A DNA stretch of 64,000 nt from Candidatus Omnitrophota bacterium (GCA_014729775.1 WJJJ01000011.1:4606-68605), one strand, 5' to 3'; shown: positions 33,924-44,602, counted from the first letter of the stretch. Notes: generated from the sequence alone by a model not told the origin. Numbers and translations: made by a program.

Positions 33924-33952
33924 TTGCCTGGAAGATACTCTCCTGTTATAAT
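33924..33952 (+). promoter_or_regulatory. Sigma70 promoter of the tRNA-Ile2/tRNA-Val unit
   Basis: TTGCCT-17 nt-TATAAT with TGn extended -10. Confidence 0.75.
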
Positions 33953-34054
33953 TGTACATTCTTGATGCGTGCGATTATACCCAACGATCCGGTCCGCGGA
34001 TCTTTGGAAGACAGCCGGTACTCGGGAGAATCGGAAAAGGAACTGTTTCCTTAC

Positions 34055-34128
34055 GGGCCCGTAGCTCAGTCGGTCAGAGCAGTTGACTCATAATCAATTG
34101 GTCGTAGGTTCGAGTCCTACCGGGCCCA
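34055..34128 (+). tRNA. tRNA with CAT anticodon, most likely tRNA-Ile2 (lysidine)
   Basis: Cloverleaf; acceptor GGGCCCG/CGGGCCC; anticodon arm GTTGA-CTCATAA-TCAAT; lacks initiator features; resembles ileX-type tRNAs; no CCA. Confidence 0.88.
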
Positions 34129-34228
34129 CTGATCATTACCGGAACGACAGATCTTTGAATAGACAGGCGCGGGCGTCATCGGGGAAGCCGGGCGTCCCGT
34201 CATCACCCACAACTAATGATGAAAAATC

Positions 34229-34302
34229 GGGCGATTAGCTCAGTTGGTGAGAGCGCTACGCTCACATCGTAGAGGTCACAGGTTCGAATCCTGTATCGCC
34301 CA
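34229..34302 (+). tRNA. tRNA-Val (CAC)
   Basis: Cloverleaf; acceptor GGGCGAT/ATCGCCC; anticodon arm CTACG-CTCACAT-CGTAG; no CCA. Confidence 0.96.
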
Positions 34303-34339
34303 TGTATTTATTATCCGCGTAGCAAAGAAAGCGAGCAGC

Positions 34340-35065
34340 ATGAAATTAAAGGACGAAATCCGCAAGTTGGTTCAGCTTCAGGAGTTCGATGAGCAGATAT
34401 TTCGCTTAAAAGAGGAAAAGGAACAGCACATCCCGGCACAGATCGCCGCGTTGAAGCACCAATTTGAGGAAAGGAAAGAATCTCTTTCTTACTGGGAAAA
34501 CGCGCTCAAAGAAGAGCAGGTGCAAAAGAAAAACAAAGAACTTGATCTTGCCGCAAAAGAAGAAGCAGTGCAGAAGGCACAGGCGCAGTTGTATCAGCTC
34601 AAAACAAACAAAGAATATCAGGCGAAACTCACCGAAATCGCGTCGCTGAAAGCGGACGCCTCGCTCATTGAAGAAGAAATACTGAAAGTACTCGAAAAAG
34701 TTGAAGAAGCTGAGCGGCAGCGCGCGGAAGAAAAACAAAAGCTTGAACAGGAAGAAAAAAAATTCCAGCAAAGCGAACAGGAACTAAAGAACCGCGGCAA
34801 GGATATCGACGCCCGCATCAGCGGTTTGTCCGGGAAAAGGGAAGAGCTCGCCAAAGACATCGACAAAAAGCTTCTTTCCCGGTATGAAAGACTTCTTTCC
34901 GTAGGGCAGGGCAGAGCCCTGGCGCCGATACAGGGGGACAGCTGCGGCGCCTGCTACATGCGGGTGACCCACCAAACGATCAACGAAGTGCGAATGTACA
35001 AAGATCCGATATCCTGCGAAAGCTGTATGCGTATTCTGTACATTCCCGATGATATGGAGCAATGA
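34340..35065 (+). CDS. Coiled-coil protein with C4 zinc ribbon (DUF164-like)
   Basis: LVQLQEFD, KTNKEYQA, long E/K-rich coil, CGAC...CESCMRILY. Confidence 0.88.
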   Translation: MKLKDEIRKLVQLQEFDEQIFRLKEEKEQHIPAQIAALKHQFEERKESLSYWENALKEEQVQKKNKELDLAAKEEAVQKAQAQLYQLKTNKEYQAKLTEIASLKADASLIEEEILKVLEKVEEAERQRAEEKQKLEQEEKKFQQSEQELKNRGKDIDARISGLSGKREELAKDIDKKLLSRYERLLSVGQGRALAPIQGDSCGACYMRVTHQTINEVRMYKDPISCESCMRILYIPDDMEQ

Positions 35066-35460
35066 CCACGATACACATAGACGGGGCTTCGCTCGGAAAC
35101 CCCGGAAAAATCGGGATCGGATACGTCATCTCCCGCGCGGGAACACAGGAGAAGAGAGCGAGCGTCTTTCTCGGAGAACAAACGAACAATTTCGCCGAAT
35201 ATATGGCGTTAATCTTCGCCCTCACGGACGCGCTTCGATGGAAAGACGAAGAATGCCGGATTTTTTCGGATAGTCAACTGCTCTGCGAACAGATCAAAGG
35301 CAATTATAAAGTGCGCAATAAAAATATCTATCCGCTTTACGTGCTAGCCATGCATCTTTTATCCCAGTTCACGCAACCGGTGAGCCTTACTCACGTACGG
35401 CGCGAAAAAAACACAATAGCGGATCGGCTGGCGAAAGAAGGAGCTGCCCACCGCGGATAA
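35062..35460 (+). CDS. rnhA: Ribonuclease HI family protein
   Basis: DGASLGNPG, TNNFAEY, SDSQL and REKNTIADRLA motifs. Confidence 0.9.
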   Translation: MTTIHIDGASLGNPGKIGIGYVISRAGTQEKRASVFLGEQTNNFAEYMALIFALTDALRWKDEECRIFSDSQLLCEQIKGNYKVRNKNIYPLYVLAMHLLSQFTQPVSLTHVRREKNTIADRLAKEGAAHRG

Positions 35461-35502
35461 AGAATCAATGAATAGGAAAATAAAGAAAAAGGGGGGTACC
35501 AT

Positions 35503-36258
35503 ATGAGCGGACATTCGAAATGGGCAAGTATTAAGCATAAAAAAGGAGCGGCAGACGCCAAGCGGGGACGTCTCTTTACCAAATTGATACGTGAAATTAC
35601 GGTCGCGGCGAAAAACGGCGGGGGGAATCCCGATACTAATCCCAGTCTGCGGACGGCGATCAACCGCGCCAACAGCGCGAACATGCCCAAAGATAACATC
35701 GAAAAGGCAATTAAAAAAGGAACCGGTGAGCTTCCCGGAGTATCCTATGAGAGCTGCGTGTTTGAAGGCTACGGGCCCGGCGGTGTCGCGATCCTGGTAG
35801 AAGCGCTTACCGATAACAAGAACAGATCAACCGCCGAGATACGCAATATATTCTCCAAGAAAAACGGCAACATGGCCGGGAGCGGAAGCGTGTCCTGGAT
35901 TTTCACCCCGAAAGGATTCATCCTTATCGATAAAGAAAAAATCGGGGAAGAAGATCTGTTTGCGGTAAGCGTGGATGCCGGAGCAGAAGATATTAAGTCG
36001 ACCGAAAAAAATTACGAAGTGTACAGCGATCCGAAAGACTTCGAAAATGTAAAGAACGCTCTCCAGAAAAAAGAAATCGAATGGGAAGATGCCGATCTCA
36101 CTATGATCCCGAATTCCACGATAAAATTATCGGGCGCGGACGCGAAACAGTGTTTGGCGCTGGTAGAAGCGCTTGAAGATCACGATGACGTCCAGAAAGT
36201 ACACGCAAATTTCGATATCCCGGAAGACATTCTGGAAAAAATGGCGCAGGAAATGTAA
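35503..36258 (+). CDS. YebC/PmpR family protein
   Basis: MSGHSKWASIKHKK, EGYGPGGVA, TDNKNR and DDVQKVHAN motifs. Confidence 0.96.
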   Translation: MSGHSKWASIKHKKGAADAKRGRLFTKLIREITVAAKNGGGNPDTNPSLRTAINRANSANMPKDNIEKAIKKGTGELPGVSYESCVFEGYGPGGVAILVEALTDNKNRSTAEIRNIFSKKNGNMAGSGSVSWIFTPKGFILIDKEKIGEEDLFAVSVDAGAEDIKSTEKNYEVYSDPKDFENVKNALQKKEIEWEDADLTMIPNSTIKLSGADAKQCLALVEALEDHDDVQKVHANFDIPEDILEKMAQEM

Positions 36259-36287
36259 CCTACGCGCAAAAGGAACGGACGAAATCG

Positions 36288-36812
36288 ATGATTGTACTGG
36301 GAATAGATGTCGGATTACAGGTATGCGGATTCTGTATCGCGAAAATTGCCGCCTCGCAAATTCAACTGCTCATCGATGAAGATATCGTCCCCGCTGCAGG
36401 CAACAGTTTACCGGAAAAACTCAACTACATTTACGATTCTCTCAAACGCAGTATCGACCGGTATCATCCCGGAGTGATGGTCGTGGAAAAATTGTACTCC
36501 CACTACCGGCACCCGGCGACTCTGGGAAAACTGGCGCAGGTCCGCGGCGTATGCGCGCTCCTGGCGCAGCATGAGAGACTTGATTTTCACGAATATTCTC
36601 CGACCCGTGTCCGGAAAGCATTTCTGGGCCGGGGGAGCGTCGATTCCGAACGGGTAAAACGGATGGCGGAAAGCATGTCCGGCCGCGCGCTGTGTTCGGT
36701 GCACGCCGCCGATGCGTTTTCGCTGATCGTCGCGTTTTCCCATGAATATCGAAAAAAGAATATCAGAAGCAGTGTCTATGATTTCTCGCATACGAGGAAC
36801 CCTCACACATAA
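36288..36812 (+). CDS. ruvC: Holliday junction resolvase
   Basis: LGIDVG, VVEKLY, LAQVRG and HAADA motifs; lies between yebC and ruvA. Confidence 0.88.
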   Translation: MIVLGIDVGLQVCGFCIAKIAASQIQLLIDEDIVPAAGNSLPEKLNYIYDSLKRSIDRYHPGVMVVEKLYSHYRHPATLGKLAQVRGVCALLAQHERLDFHEYSPTRVRKAFLGRGSVDSERVKRMAESMSGRALCSVHAADAFSLIVAFSHEYRKKNIRSSVYDFSHTRNPHT

Positions 36813-37389
36813 AAGCGAGTCGTCCGTGGTGGTAGAAATCGCCGGAATCTCCTACACGATATTGATCCCGGCCACGCTCTATCCGCGGCTTCCGGAACCC
36901 GGTACCGGTCACACGGAATTGATCACGTATCATTATCACCGCATGGGAAAACAACGGTCTTACCCGGTGTTAATCGGTTTCTGCGACGAGTTGGAAAAGG
37001 AATTTTTTGAAAAATTCATCGGGGTTTCCGGTATCGGTCCCAAAGCCGCACTCCGGGCGTTTGATAAGCCGGTATCCTTTATCGCCCGTGCGATCGAAGA
37101 AGGCAACGTCTCGGCGCTGAAAACGCTGGCCGGGATAGGAACGCAGAAAGCGAAACAAATCGTCGCGCACCTTCAGGGGAAAGTCGGGCGATTCGCGCTG
37201 ATCAAGGGAGAAGAATACCGGAAAGACAAGATCAAACAGGAAATACTCGATGAGGCCCGTGAAATTCTCAAACGGCTGCAGTACGGCAGCAGGGAAGCGG
37301 AAGATATGGTCCGCAAAGCAAAAGAAATCCGAACCGATTACGAGAACGTCGAGGAACTCCTCAACGAAATATACCGGCAGCGGAAATAG
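36778..37389 (+). CDS. ruvA: Holliday junction branch migration protein
   Basis: MISRIRG, VSGIGPKAA and GIGTQKA HhH motifs. Confidence 0.92.
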   Translation: MISRIRGTLTHKSESSVVVEIAGISYTILIPATLYPRLPEPGTGHTELITYHYHRMGKQRSYPVLIGFCDELEKEFFEKFIGVSGIGPKAALRAFDKPVSFIARAIEEGNVSALKTLAGIGTQKAKQIVAHLQGKVGRFALIKGEEYRKDKIKQEILDEAREILKRLQYGSREAEDMVRKAKEIRTDYENVEELLNEIYRQRK

Positions 37390-37418
37390 TCTGTAGACAG
37401 CGGTTTTCAGGAGGAACA

Positions 37419-38087
37419 ATGAACGTAAAATCGATAATTGAGAGTCTTCTGTTAATTAACGAAAAACCGATCGCGCTGAACGAACTCAACAAGGTAATCG
37501 ACACCGAAAAACCGGAGCTTGAAACGGCGCTTGAAGAATTAGCCGGGGAGTACGACCGGAGAAAATCGGGCATTTGCATCGTCAAGGTCGCCGGCGGTTA
37601 CCAGATGTGCTCCCGGCCGGAAAACGATCCCTGGCTGAAAAAAATGTTCCGTGAACGCGGAAAGCAGAAACTTTCCACCGCTGCCCTGGAAACGCTGGCA
37701 ATTATCGCGTACAAACAGCCGATTACCAGGATGGAGATCGAAGCGATCCGGGGAGTGAATATCGACGGAGTAGTACGCCACCTGTTCAATCTGGGATTGG
37801 TAAAGACAAGCGGCCGCAAAGAAGTGGTGGGACGTCCCTTTCTTTACGTCACCACAAGAAAATTCCTTGAGTACTTCGGCCTCAATTCACTCCGTGATCT
37901 GCCCAAGCTGGAAGAATTCGCTTCCCTGGCGGAAAGCGACAGCATCGTACAGGAAATGGTCCAGCAAAACGAAGAAGAGACGCCCGGTGAAGAAGCACGG
38001 TCAGAGCCTTCCTCTCCGGAACCGGTAGCGGTACCGGAATCAGAACAATCGAATGAAAAGGACACTCACAAAAAGGAGGATAAATGA
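37419..38087 (+). CDS. scpB: SMC-Scp complex subunit B
   Basis: [27 protein letters not shown] and GRPFLYVTT...FGL motifs. Confidence 0.96.
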   Translation: MNVKSIIESLLLINEKPIALNELNKVIDTEKPELETALEELAGEYDRRKSGICIVKVAGGYQMCSRPENDPWLKKMFRERGKQKLSTAALETLAIIAYKQPITRMEIEAIRGVNIDGVVRHLFNLGLVKTSGRKEVVGRPFLYVTTRKFLEYFGLNSLRDLPKLEEFASLAESDSIVQEMVQQNEEETPGEEARSEPSSPEPVAVPESEQSNEKDTHKKEDK

Positions 38088-39220
38088 ACAGCGTTTTTGC
38101 TTCCGAGTCAGTTACAGAAGGACATCCCGATAAGGTCTGCGATCAGATCTCCGACGCCGTGCTGGACGCGGTACTCGCCTCCGATACCAAAGGACGCGTG
38201 GCCTGCGAAGCACTGGTAACCCGCGGATTCGTGATGGTCGCCGGGGAAATCACGACGAAATGTTACGTCAATATCCCTAAACTCGTAAGAAGTCTTATCC
38301 AGGAAATCGGTTACGACGATCCGTCAATGGGATTCGATTATGAAAGCGCCGGCGTCGTCACCGCCATACAGGAACAATCCTCTGATATCGCGCTGGGGGT
38401 GGATACCGGGGGAGCCGGGGACCAGGGACATATGTTCGGGTTCGCGATCGACGAAACCCCGGAACTGATGCCGCTGTCGATCATGCTCTCTCACCGTCTG
38501 GTAAGGAGACTGTCGGAACTGCGCCGGAAGAGGATCCTCCGCTATTTACGGCCGGACGGAAAATCACAGGTCGCGATCGAATATAAGGACGGGAAACCTG
38601 CCCGGATCAATGCCGTTATCCTCGGCGCGCATCATTCCCAGGACGTAAAAACGGAAGACCTGCGTCACGATATTCAAAAACTCGTGATTGACCACATTCT
38701 TCCGGAAGAACTAATCGACCGCGACACGAAAATTTTCATCAACGGAACCGGCCGTTTCGAAATCGGCGGTCCGGTATCGGACACGGGCGTTACGGGAAGG
38801 AAAATAATCGTCGATACCTACGGCGGGTACGCGCGGCACGGCGGAGGCGCATTTTCCGGCAAAGATCCGACCAAAGTCGACCGGTCGGCTTCATACATGG
38901 CCCGTTACATCGCCAAAAACATCGTTAAAGCCGGTCTTGCGCGTATGTGCGAAATACAGCTCTCCTACTGTATCGGCGTCGCCGAACCGGTCTCGGTAAA
39001 CGTAAATACGTTCGGCACCGGCAGGGCGGAGGAGGCCAAGATCTCGCGGGCCGTGCGCGAAATTTTTCCTCTCACGCCTGCGGGCATTATCGAAGAACTC
39101 CAGCTGCTGCGGCCGATTTACACAAAGACCGCCGCGTTCGGACATTTCGGCCGGGAAGAGGAAGGGTTTCCCTGGGAAGAAACGAACAAGACCGATGAAC
39201 TGAAACGAGTGATCAAATAA
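38084..39220 (+). CDS. metK: S-adenosylmethionine synthetase
   Basis: [16 protein letters not shown] and [16 protein letters not shown] motifs. Confidence 0.98.
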   Translation: MNSVFASESVTEGHPDKVCDQISDAVLDAVLASDTKGRVACEALVTRGFVMVAGEITTKCYVNIPKLVRSLIQEIGYDDPSMGFDYESAGVVTAIQEQSSDIALGVDTGGAGDQGHMFGFAIDETPELMPLSIMLSHRLVRRLSELRRKRILRYLRPDGKSQVAIEYKDGKPARINAVILGAHHSQDVKTEDLRHDIQKLVIDHILPEELIDRDTKIFINGTGRFEIGGPVSDTGVTGRKIIVDTYGGYARHGGGAFSGKDPTKVDRSASYMARYIAKNIVKAGLARMCEIQLSYCIGVAEPVSVNVNTFGTGRAEEAKISRAVREIFPLTPAGIIEELQLLRPIYTKTAAFGHFGREEEGFPWEETNKTDELKRVIK

Positions 39221-39230
39221 AGGAGAAAGC

Positions 39231-40493
39231 GTGAATTTTGATATCGGAAACAAAAAACTGCACACACAAGGGAAAAAACGGATCGAATGGGCTATGCAGA
39301 GAATGCCGGTGCTGGAACTGATCCGTACCCGCTTCCGTAAAGAAAAACCGCTCAAAGGACTCGCGGTCGGTGCCTGTCTTCATGTGACGACCGAAACAGC
39401 CGCCCTGGCAATTACCCTGAAAGCTGCCGGCTGCCGTCCGCTTTTGTGCGCATCAAATCCGTTGTCAACCCAGGATGACGTCGCCGCGTCCCTGGTTCAG
39501 GATTACGGGATCGAGGTATTCGCGGTGAATGGAGAGAATAATACCACCTATTACCATCATATCCGGGAAGTATTAGACGCGGAACCGGAAATCACACTGG
39601 ACGACGGCGCTGATCTTGTTTCGACTATTCACAAAAACGCGTTCGACGAAAAACCGCAAAAGCTTCCCTGGGGCAGCACCGAGGAAACGACCACGGGTGT
39701 GATCCGTCTTAAAGCGCTCGCGCAGGAAGGAAAGCTCCTGTATCCGGTGATCGCGGTCAACGACGCTTTCACCAAGCATCTGTTCGATAATCGATACGGT
39801 ACGGGACAATCAACGATGGACGGAATCCTGCGTTGCACGAATACCCTGATCGCGGGCCGGGTCGTAGTCGTCTGCGGGTATGGCTGGTGCGGAAAAGGCG
39901 TGGCTAATAAAGCGAAAGGGCTCGGTGCGCACGTGATTGTCTGTGAAGTCGATCCGCTCAAGGGACTGGAAGCGGCGATGGACGGTTTTGCCGTCATGCC
40001 GCTGAGTAAAGCCGTTTCACAGGGAGATATATTCGTCACGGTGACCGGAGACGTGAGCGTGCTCACCCAAAAGCACTTTTTAAAGATGAAGTCAAAGGCA
40101 ATGGTCGCGAACGCAGGGCATTTCGACGTCGAGATAGACAAAAAATCTCTCAAGAAGCTTTCGAACCGGGAAAAAGAGATCAAACCGCTCCTGACCGAAT
40201 ACACGTTAAAAAACGGGAAAACCATCTATCTTCTTGCGGAAGGCCGCCTGGTAAATCTTGCCTGCGCGGAGGGTCACCCGGCGGAAGTCATGGACATGAG
40301 TTTCGCCAACCAGGCGCTCAGTGCCGAATTTATCGCCAAGAATCACCGATCCCTGGAAAAAAAGGTACACGGAGTCCCGCCGGCAATCGACAGCCGGGTT
40401 GCGCGTCATAAACTGCGCTCGATGGGCATCCGGATCGACAAATTGACCGCCGAACAGAAAAAATATCTGTCAAGCTGGAAAGAAGGGACCTAA
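39231..40493 (+). CDS. ahcY: Adenosylhomocysteinase
   Basis: CLHVT, SNPLSTQD, EETTTG, FDNRYGTGQS and GHPAEVMDMSF motifs. Confidence 0.97.
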   Translation: MNFDIGNKKLHTQGKKRIEWAMQRMPVLELIRTRFRKEKPLKGLAVGACLHVTTETAALAITLKAAGCRPLLCASNPLSTQDDVAASLVQDYGIEVFAVNGENNTTYYHHIREVLDAEPEITLDDGADLVSTIHKNAFDEKPQKLPWGSTEETTTGVIRLKALAQEGKLLYPVIAVNDAFTKHLFDNRYGTGQSTMDGILRCTNTLIAGRVVVVCGYGWCGKGVANKAKGLGAHVIVCEVDPLKGLEAAMDGFAVMPLSKAVSQGDIFVTVTGDVSVLTQKHFLKMKSKAMVANAGHFDVEIDKKSLKKLSNREKEIKPLLTEYTLKNGKTIYLLAEGRLVNLACAEGHPAEVMDMSFANQALSAEFIAKNHRSLEKKVHGVPPAIDSRVARHKLRSMGIRIDKLTAEQKKYLSSWKEGT

Positions 40494-40494
40494 G

Positions 40495-41451
40495 ATGGGC
40501 AAAAGGATGGGAATCGTGACACGGGACTGTGCCGGAATCAACGCGGCGATCCGGTCAGCGGTGCGCACCGCCTATACGCTGGGCATTGAACCCGTGGGAA
40601 TCTACCGCGAATACAAAGGTTTGATCCACGGAGAATTCACCCCGCTCACGTGGCGGTCGGTAGCCGGGATCATCAATCTCGGCGGAACAATCCTGAAAAG
40701 CGCGCGCTGTGAAGAATTCCGGACGCGTCAGGGACAGGAAAAAGCCCGCGCACAGCTTGCCGAGCAGAGGATTGATTCCCTGCTCGTGATCGGCGGGAAC
40801 GGTTCTCTGACCGGCGCGCATGAATTTTCCCGTAACTTCTCGTTTCCGGTAATGGGAGTACCCGCGACAATCGACAACGACGTCAATCACGTGGAAATGA
40901 CCATCGGCGCCGATACCGCGGTAAACGTCGCACTCGATGCCCTGGATAAGATCCGGGACACTTCCACCAGTCTGGAACGAATTTTCGTAGTCGAGGTCAT
41001 GGGCCGTAACTGCGGATATATCGCCTCCAGAGTGGCATTAGCCGGGGGATGCGAAGACGTATTACTGCCGGAACGCGACTTTGATATCGATAAAATGGCC
41101 GGAGAAATCCTCGAAGGTCATAAAAAGGGAAAAATCAGCTGGATTGTCATCGTCGCGGAGGGAAAAGCCAAAGCTTCCGACATCGCCCGGGAAATTACCC
41201 AGGCGACTGGACTGGAAACGCGAGAAGTGGTGCTGGGCCATATTCAGCGCGGGGGGAAACCGACGGCGTTTGACAGAATCATCGCCGCCAGAATGGCACA
41301 TTATGCAGTTACCCGTTTCGCCCGCGGATTTCAAAACGAGTGCGTCTCGATTCAAAACGGGGAACTGCGCTCAATCGATCTCGAACAGGCAATTCAGCCG
41401 AAAGATATTGACGCCGAAGGATATTATTCACTCATCCGGCTCTTGACCTGA
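40495..41451 (+). CDS. pfkA: 6-phosphofructokinase (PfkA family)
   Basis: GGTILKSAR, GGNGS, TIDND, EVMGR and LGHIQRGG motifs. Confidence 0.9.
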   Translation: MGKRMGIVTRDCAGINAAIRSAVRTAYTLGIEPVGIYREYKGLIHGEFTPLTWRSVAGIINLGGTILKSARCEEFRTRQGQEKARAQLAEQRIDSLLVIGGNGSLTGAHEFSRNFSFPVMGVPATIDNDVNHVEMTIGADTAVNVALDALDKIRDTSTSLERIFVVEVMGRNCGYIASRVALAGGCEDVLLPERDFDIDKMAGEILEGHKKGKISWIVIVAEGKAKASDIAREITQATGLETREVVLGHIQRGGKPTAFDRIIAARMAHYAVTRFARGFQNECVSIQNGELRSIDLEQAIQPKDIDAEGYYSLIRLLT

Positions 41452-41464
41452 CACTTGAGGGAAA

Positions 41465-42832
41465 ATGATCTACAATTCCGTTCATGAAATTTTTGCGTCG
41501 GGGATCATCCAACCGGAAGGCGACAGGATCACCGTCCACGATCAGGAATCGTTCCGGGCGCGTATGCTGGATAACCTTGTCGACACGATCATCCTGAGTT
41601 CCTCGGAAGAACTCAAACGCACCTGTTATTGGATCACTTACCAAAGCGCCTGGCAAATGGAAGTGATTCCCTCATCCATGGAATCTTTGTACCGCGCCCG
41701 GGGGAAAAACGAAATCGAAGGTTTTACCGTGCCGGCAATGAATTTGCGTACGCTGACCTACGACCTGGCACGTGTGATCTTTCGGGCCGCAAAAAAGACG
41801 AATGCCGGAGCCTTTATTTTTGAAATCGCGCAGAGTGAGATCGGCTACACCAATCAGCCGCCGCTTGAATATGCCGCAATGATTCTCCTTGCGGCGCTGA
41901 AAGAATCCTACCGGGGACCAATATTTCTGCAAGGAGATCATTTTCAGATAGAATTCGAAAAATACCGTCAACACAGAGAAGAGGAAAGCAACCGACTTCA
42001 CACGCTCATCGAAGAAGCGGTTGCCTGCGGGTTTTATCAGATCGACCTCGACGCTTCGCCGCTCGTTGACCTGAGCGTTGCCGATATTTCTTGCCAGCAG
42101 CGGGAAAATGCCCGCCTTACCGCCCAGCTGTGCCGGTTCGTGCGGCGCATCCAGCCGCCCCGGATCAATATTCTGCTCGGAGGAGAAGTCGGCGAAGTGG
42201 GAGGACAAAACACCACTCCCCGGGAACTGCGCGCATTTATGGATCAATTCTGCAAAACTGTTGATCCGCTGGACGGTCTTTCCAAAATTAGCATTCAAAC
42301 CGGCACTACCCACGGAGGGGTTATTCTTCCCGACGGGTCCATCGCAAAAGTAAACATTGATTTCAATACCCTGCGCCGTCTTTCCGACATTGCCCGCTCT
42401 GAATACGGCATGGCCGGAGCGGTTCAGCACGGTGCATCTACTCTGCCCAACGAAGCATTCCATCGCTTTCCTGAAGCCGGATGCGCAGAGATCCATCTTG
42501 CCACCCAGTTCCAAAACGTGGTATATGATTATCTTCCGTTATCGTTAAAGGAACAGATATATGCCTGGCTGAATCAGCACTGCGCCTGCGAACGCCACCC
42601 CGAGTGGACGGACGATCAGTTTATCTATCGTACCCGAAAAAAAGCGCTGGGTCCGTTTAAACGGCAAATTCACTCGTTAACGAGAGATACCAAAGAACGA
42701 ATCGCCTCGAATTTGGAAAGCGAATTTCTTTTCCTGTTTTCTCAATTAAAAATCAACGACACGTTTCCGCTTGTCAAGAAATACGTCAATACGGTACCCG
42801 TGGATTTTAAAAAAGAATCTTTCTTTCGGTAA
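41465..42832 (+). CDS. Class II fructose-bisphosphate aldolase family protein (long form)
   Basis: LQGDHF, GEVGEVGG, GTTHGG and VQHGASTLP motifs; follows pfkA. Confidence 0.8.
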   Translation: MIYNSVHEIFASGIIQPEGDRITVHDQESFRARMLDNLVDTIILSSSEELKRTCYWITYQSAWQMEVIPSSMESLYRARGKNEIEGFTVPAMNLRTLTYDLARVIFRAAKKTNAGAFIFEIAQSEIGYTNQPPLEYAAMILLAALKESYRGPIFLQGDHFQIEFEKYRQHREEESNRLHTLIEEAVACGFYQIDLDASPLVDLSVADISCQQRENARLTAQLCRFVRRIQPPRINILLGGEVGEVGGQNTTPRELRAFMDQFCKTVDPLDGLSKISIQTGTTHGGVILPDGSIAKVNIDFNTLRRLSDIARSEYGMAGAVQHGASTLPNEAFHRFPEAGCAEIHLATQFQNVVYDYLPLSLKEQIYAWLNQHCACERHPEWTDDQFIYRTRKKALGPFKRQIHSLTRDTKERIASNLESEFLFLFSQLKINDTFPLVKKYVNTVPVDFKKESFFR

Positions 42833-42866
42833 TCAGCACAACTACCCGTAAAAAAGGAGGATCAAT

Positions 42867-44555
42867 ATGCGTTCAGATAAGACAAAGCAGGGCGTGGAGC
42901 GAATGCCGAACCGGGCCCTCCTGTATGGTACGGGACTGCATCCGACGCACATCTGGCGTCCGTTCATCGGCATCGCAACTTCGTTTACCGACTTAATTCC
43001 GGGACATATCCATATGCGGAGCCTGGAAAGGTATATCGAACGGGGAATCGAGAATAAAAACGGCACCCCGTTTTTATTCGGCGTTCCCGGCATCTGTGAC
43101 GGCATCGCGATGGGACATCTCGGCATGCGATATTCGCTCCCTTCCAGAGAATTAATCGCCGATATCATCGAAACAGTCGCCAACGCCCATTCGCTCGACG
43201 GCCTCATCCTGCTCACCAATTGCGATAAAATCACGCCGGGGATGATTATGGGCGCGCTGCGGGTCAACATTCCCACGGTCGTCGTGACGGCAGGTCCCAT
43301 GCTGTCCGGACACGTCGGCGCAAAAAGGCTCTCCCTCGTGCGCGATACGTTCGAAGCGGTCGGACGGTTTAAGGCCGGGGAGATGGATGAAGAAGAACGC
43401 CGTCGCTATGAAATCGAAGCCTGTCCGTCCTGCGGCTCCTGCCAGGGACTGTATACCGCAAACACCATGGCCTGTCTGACGGAAGCAATGGGGTTCTCCC
43501 TTCCCAATTGCGCCACCGCTCCGGCAGTGTTGAACAAAAAAATGAGAATCGCCTATGAAAGCGGCCAACGGTGCGTACAGCTCGTCAAGGAGCAGTGCCT
43601 CCCCCGGGATATCGTCACGAAAGACGCGCTTCTGAATGCCGTCCGCGTTGATATGGCCCTGGGAGGATCGACGAATACCGTTCTTCACCTGATGGCGATC
43701 GCGCACGAAGCCCGGGTACCCATGAATCTGAAGGAATTCGATACCGTGAGTAAATCCACTCCGCATATCTCGAATCTGCGCCCCGGCGGTGACTTCTTTA
43801 TGGAAGATTTAGATCAGGCCGGTGGTATCCCTGCCGTACTGAAAAGACTCAAGGAAGGGAAAAATCTTTCCGAGGCACAAACGGTATCAGGAAAACGCAC
43901 CTATGAAATCGCCGACGACGCCCGCGTGACGCGGGATGAAGTGATCCGTTCCTGTGCTCAACCGTATCATTCCGAAGGAGGGATCGCGATTCTGTACGGG
44001 AATATCGCCCCGGACGGCGCGGTGATTAAGCAATCCGCGGTCGAACCCGGCATGCGCGTATTCACCGGCACTGCACGGGTATTCGACTCCGAGGAACTGG
44101 CCATGGAAAGTATCCTGGACGGGAAAATTAAAAAGGGTGAAGTCGTGGTCATTCGATACGAAGGCCCGAGCGGCGGTCCGGGAATGCGCGAAATGCTCTC
44201 TCCCACCAGCGCGATCGTAGGAATGGGACTCCACACGGACGTGGCATTGATTACCGACGGAAGATTCTCCGGCGGCACGCGCGGTCCCTGCATCGGCCAC
44301 ATTTCACCCGAAGCCCGGCAGGGTGGACTGCTCGCCTATTTGCACGACGGCGACACCATCCACATCAATATCGACACCCGTACGCTGGAAGCGGAACTCT
44401 CGGAAAAGGAAATTCAGGAGCGTAAAGAAAAAGAAAAGTTGATCGGCGAAAAAGTGCAAACCGGATACCTCGCGCGTTATGCCGCCCAGGTTACTTCGGC
44501 TTCAACCGGCGCCGTGTTCCGCCGACCGGGCGGTTCAGAAACCGAAAAATGTTGA
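42867..44555 (+). CDS. ilvD: Dihydroxy-acid dehydratase
   Basis: [27 protein letters not shown] and TDGRFSGG motifs. Confidence 0.97.
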   Translation: MRSDKTKQGVERMPNRALLYGTGLHPTHIWRPFIGIATSFTDLIPGHIHMRSLERYIERGIENKNGTPFLFGVPGICDGIAMGHLGMRYSLPSRELIADIIETVANAHSLDGLILLTNCDKITPGMIMGALRVNIPTVVVTAGPMLSGHVGAKRLSLVRDTFEAVGRFKAGEMDEEERRRYEIEACPSCGSCQGLYTANTMACLTEAMGFSLPNCATAPAVLNKKMRIAYESGQRCVQLVKEQCLPRDIVTKDALLNAVRVDMALGGSTNTVLHLMAIAHEARVPMNLKEFDTVSKSTPHISNLRPGGDFFMEDLDQAGGIPAVLKRLKEGKNLSEAQTVSGKRTYEIADDARVTRDEVIRSCAQPYHSEGGIAILYGNIAPDGAVIKQSAVEPGMRVFTGTARVFDSEELAMESILDGKIKKGEVVVIRYEGPSGGPGMREMLSPTSAIVGMGLHTDVALITDGRFSGGTRGPCIGHISPEARQGGLLAYLHDGDTIHINIDTRTLEAELSEKEIQERKEKEKLIGEKVQTGYLARYAAQVTSASTGAVFRRPGGSETEKC

Positions 44556-44580
44556 CACGGGAAAAAATAGGTGCTATGAT
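44552..44580 (+). promoter_or_regulatory. Sigma70 promoter of the mre operon
   Basis: TTGACA-17 nt-TATGAT with TGn extension; the -35 overlaps the ilvD stop codon. Confidence 0.75.
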
Positions 44581-44602
44581 TTTTTAAACCTTTTGAATAA
44601 GG

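Noticed and set aside
34244-34339. N-terminal extension of the zinc-ribbon ORF, and small ORFs at 33911-34093, 20467-20694 and 53241-53501
   Set aside because: They overlap tRNA genes. The zinc-ribbon gene more plausibly starts at ATG 34340.
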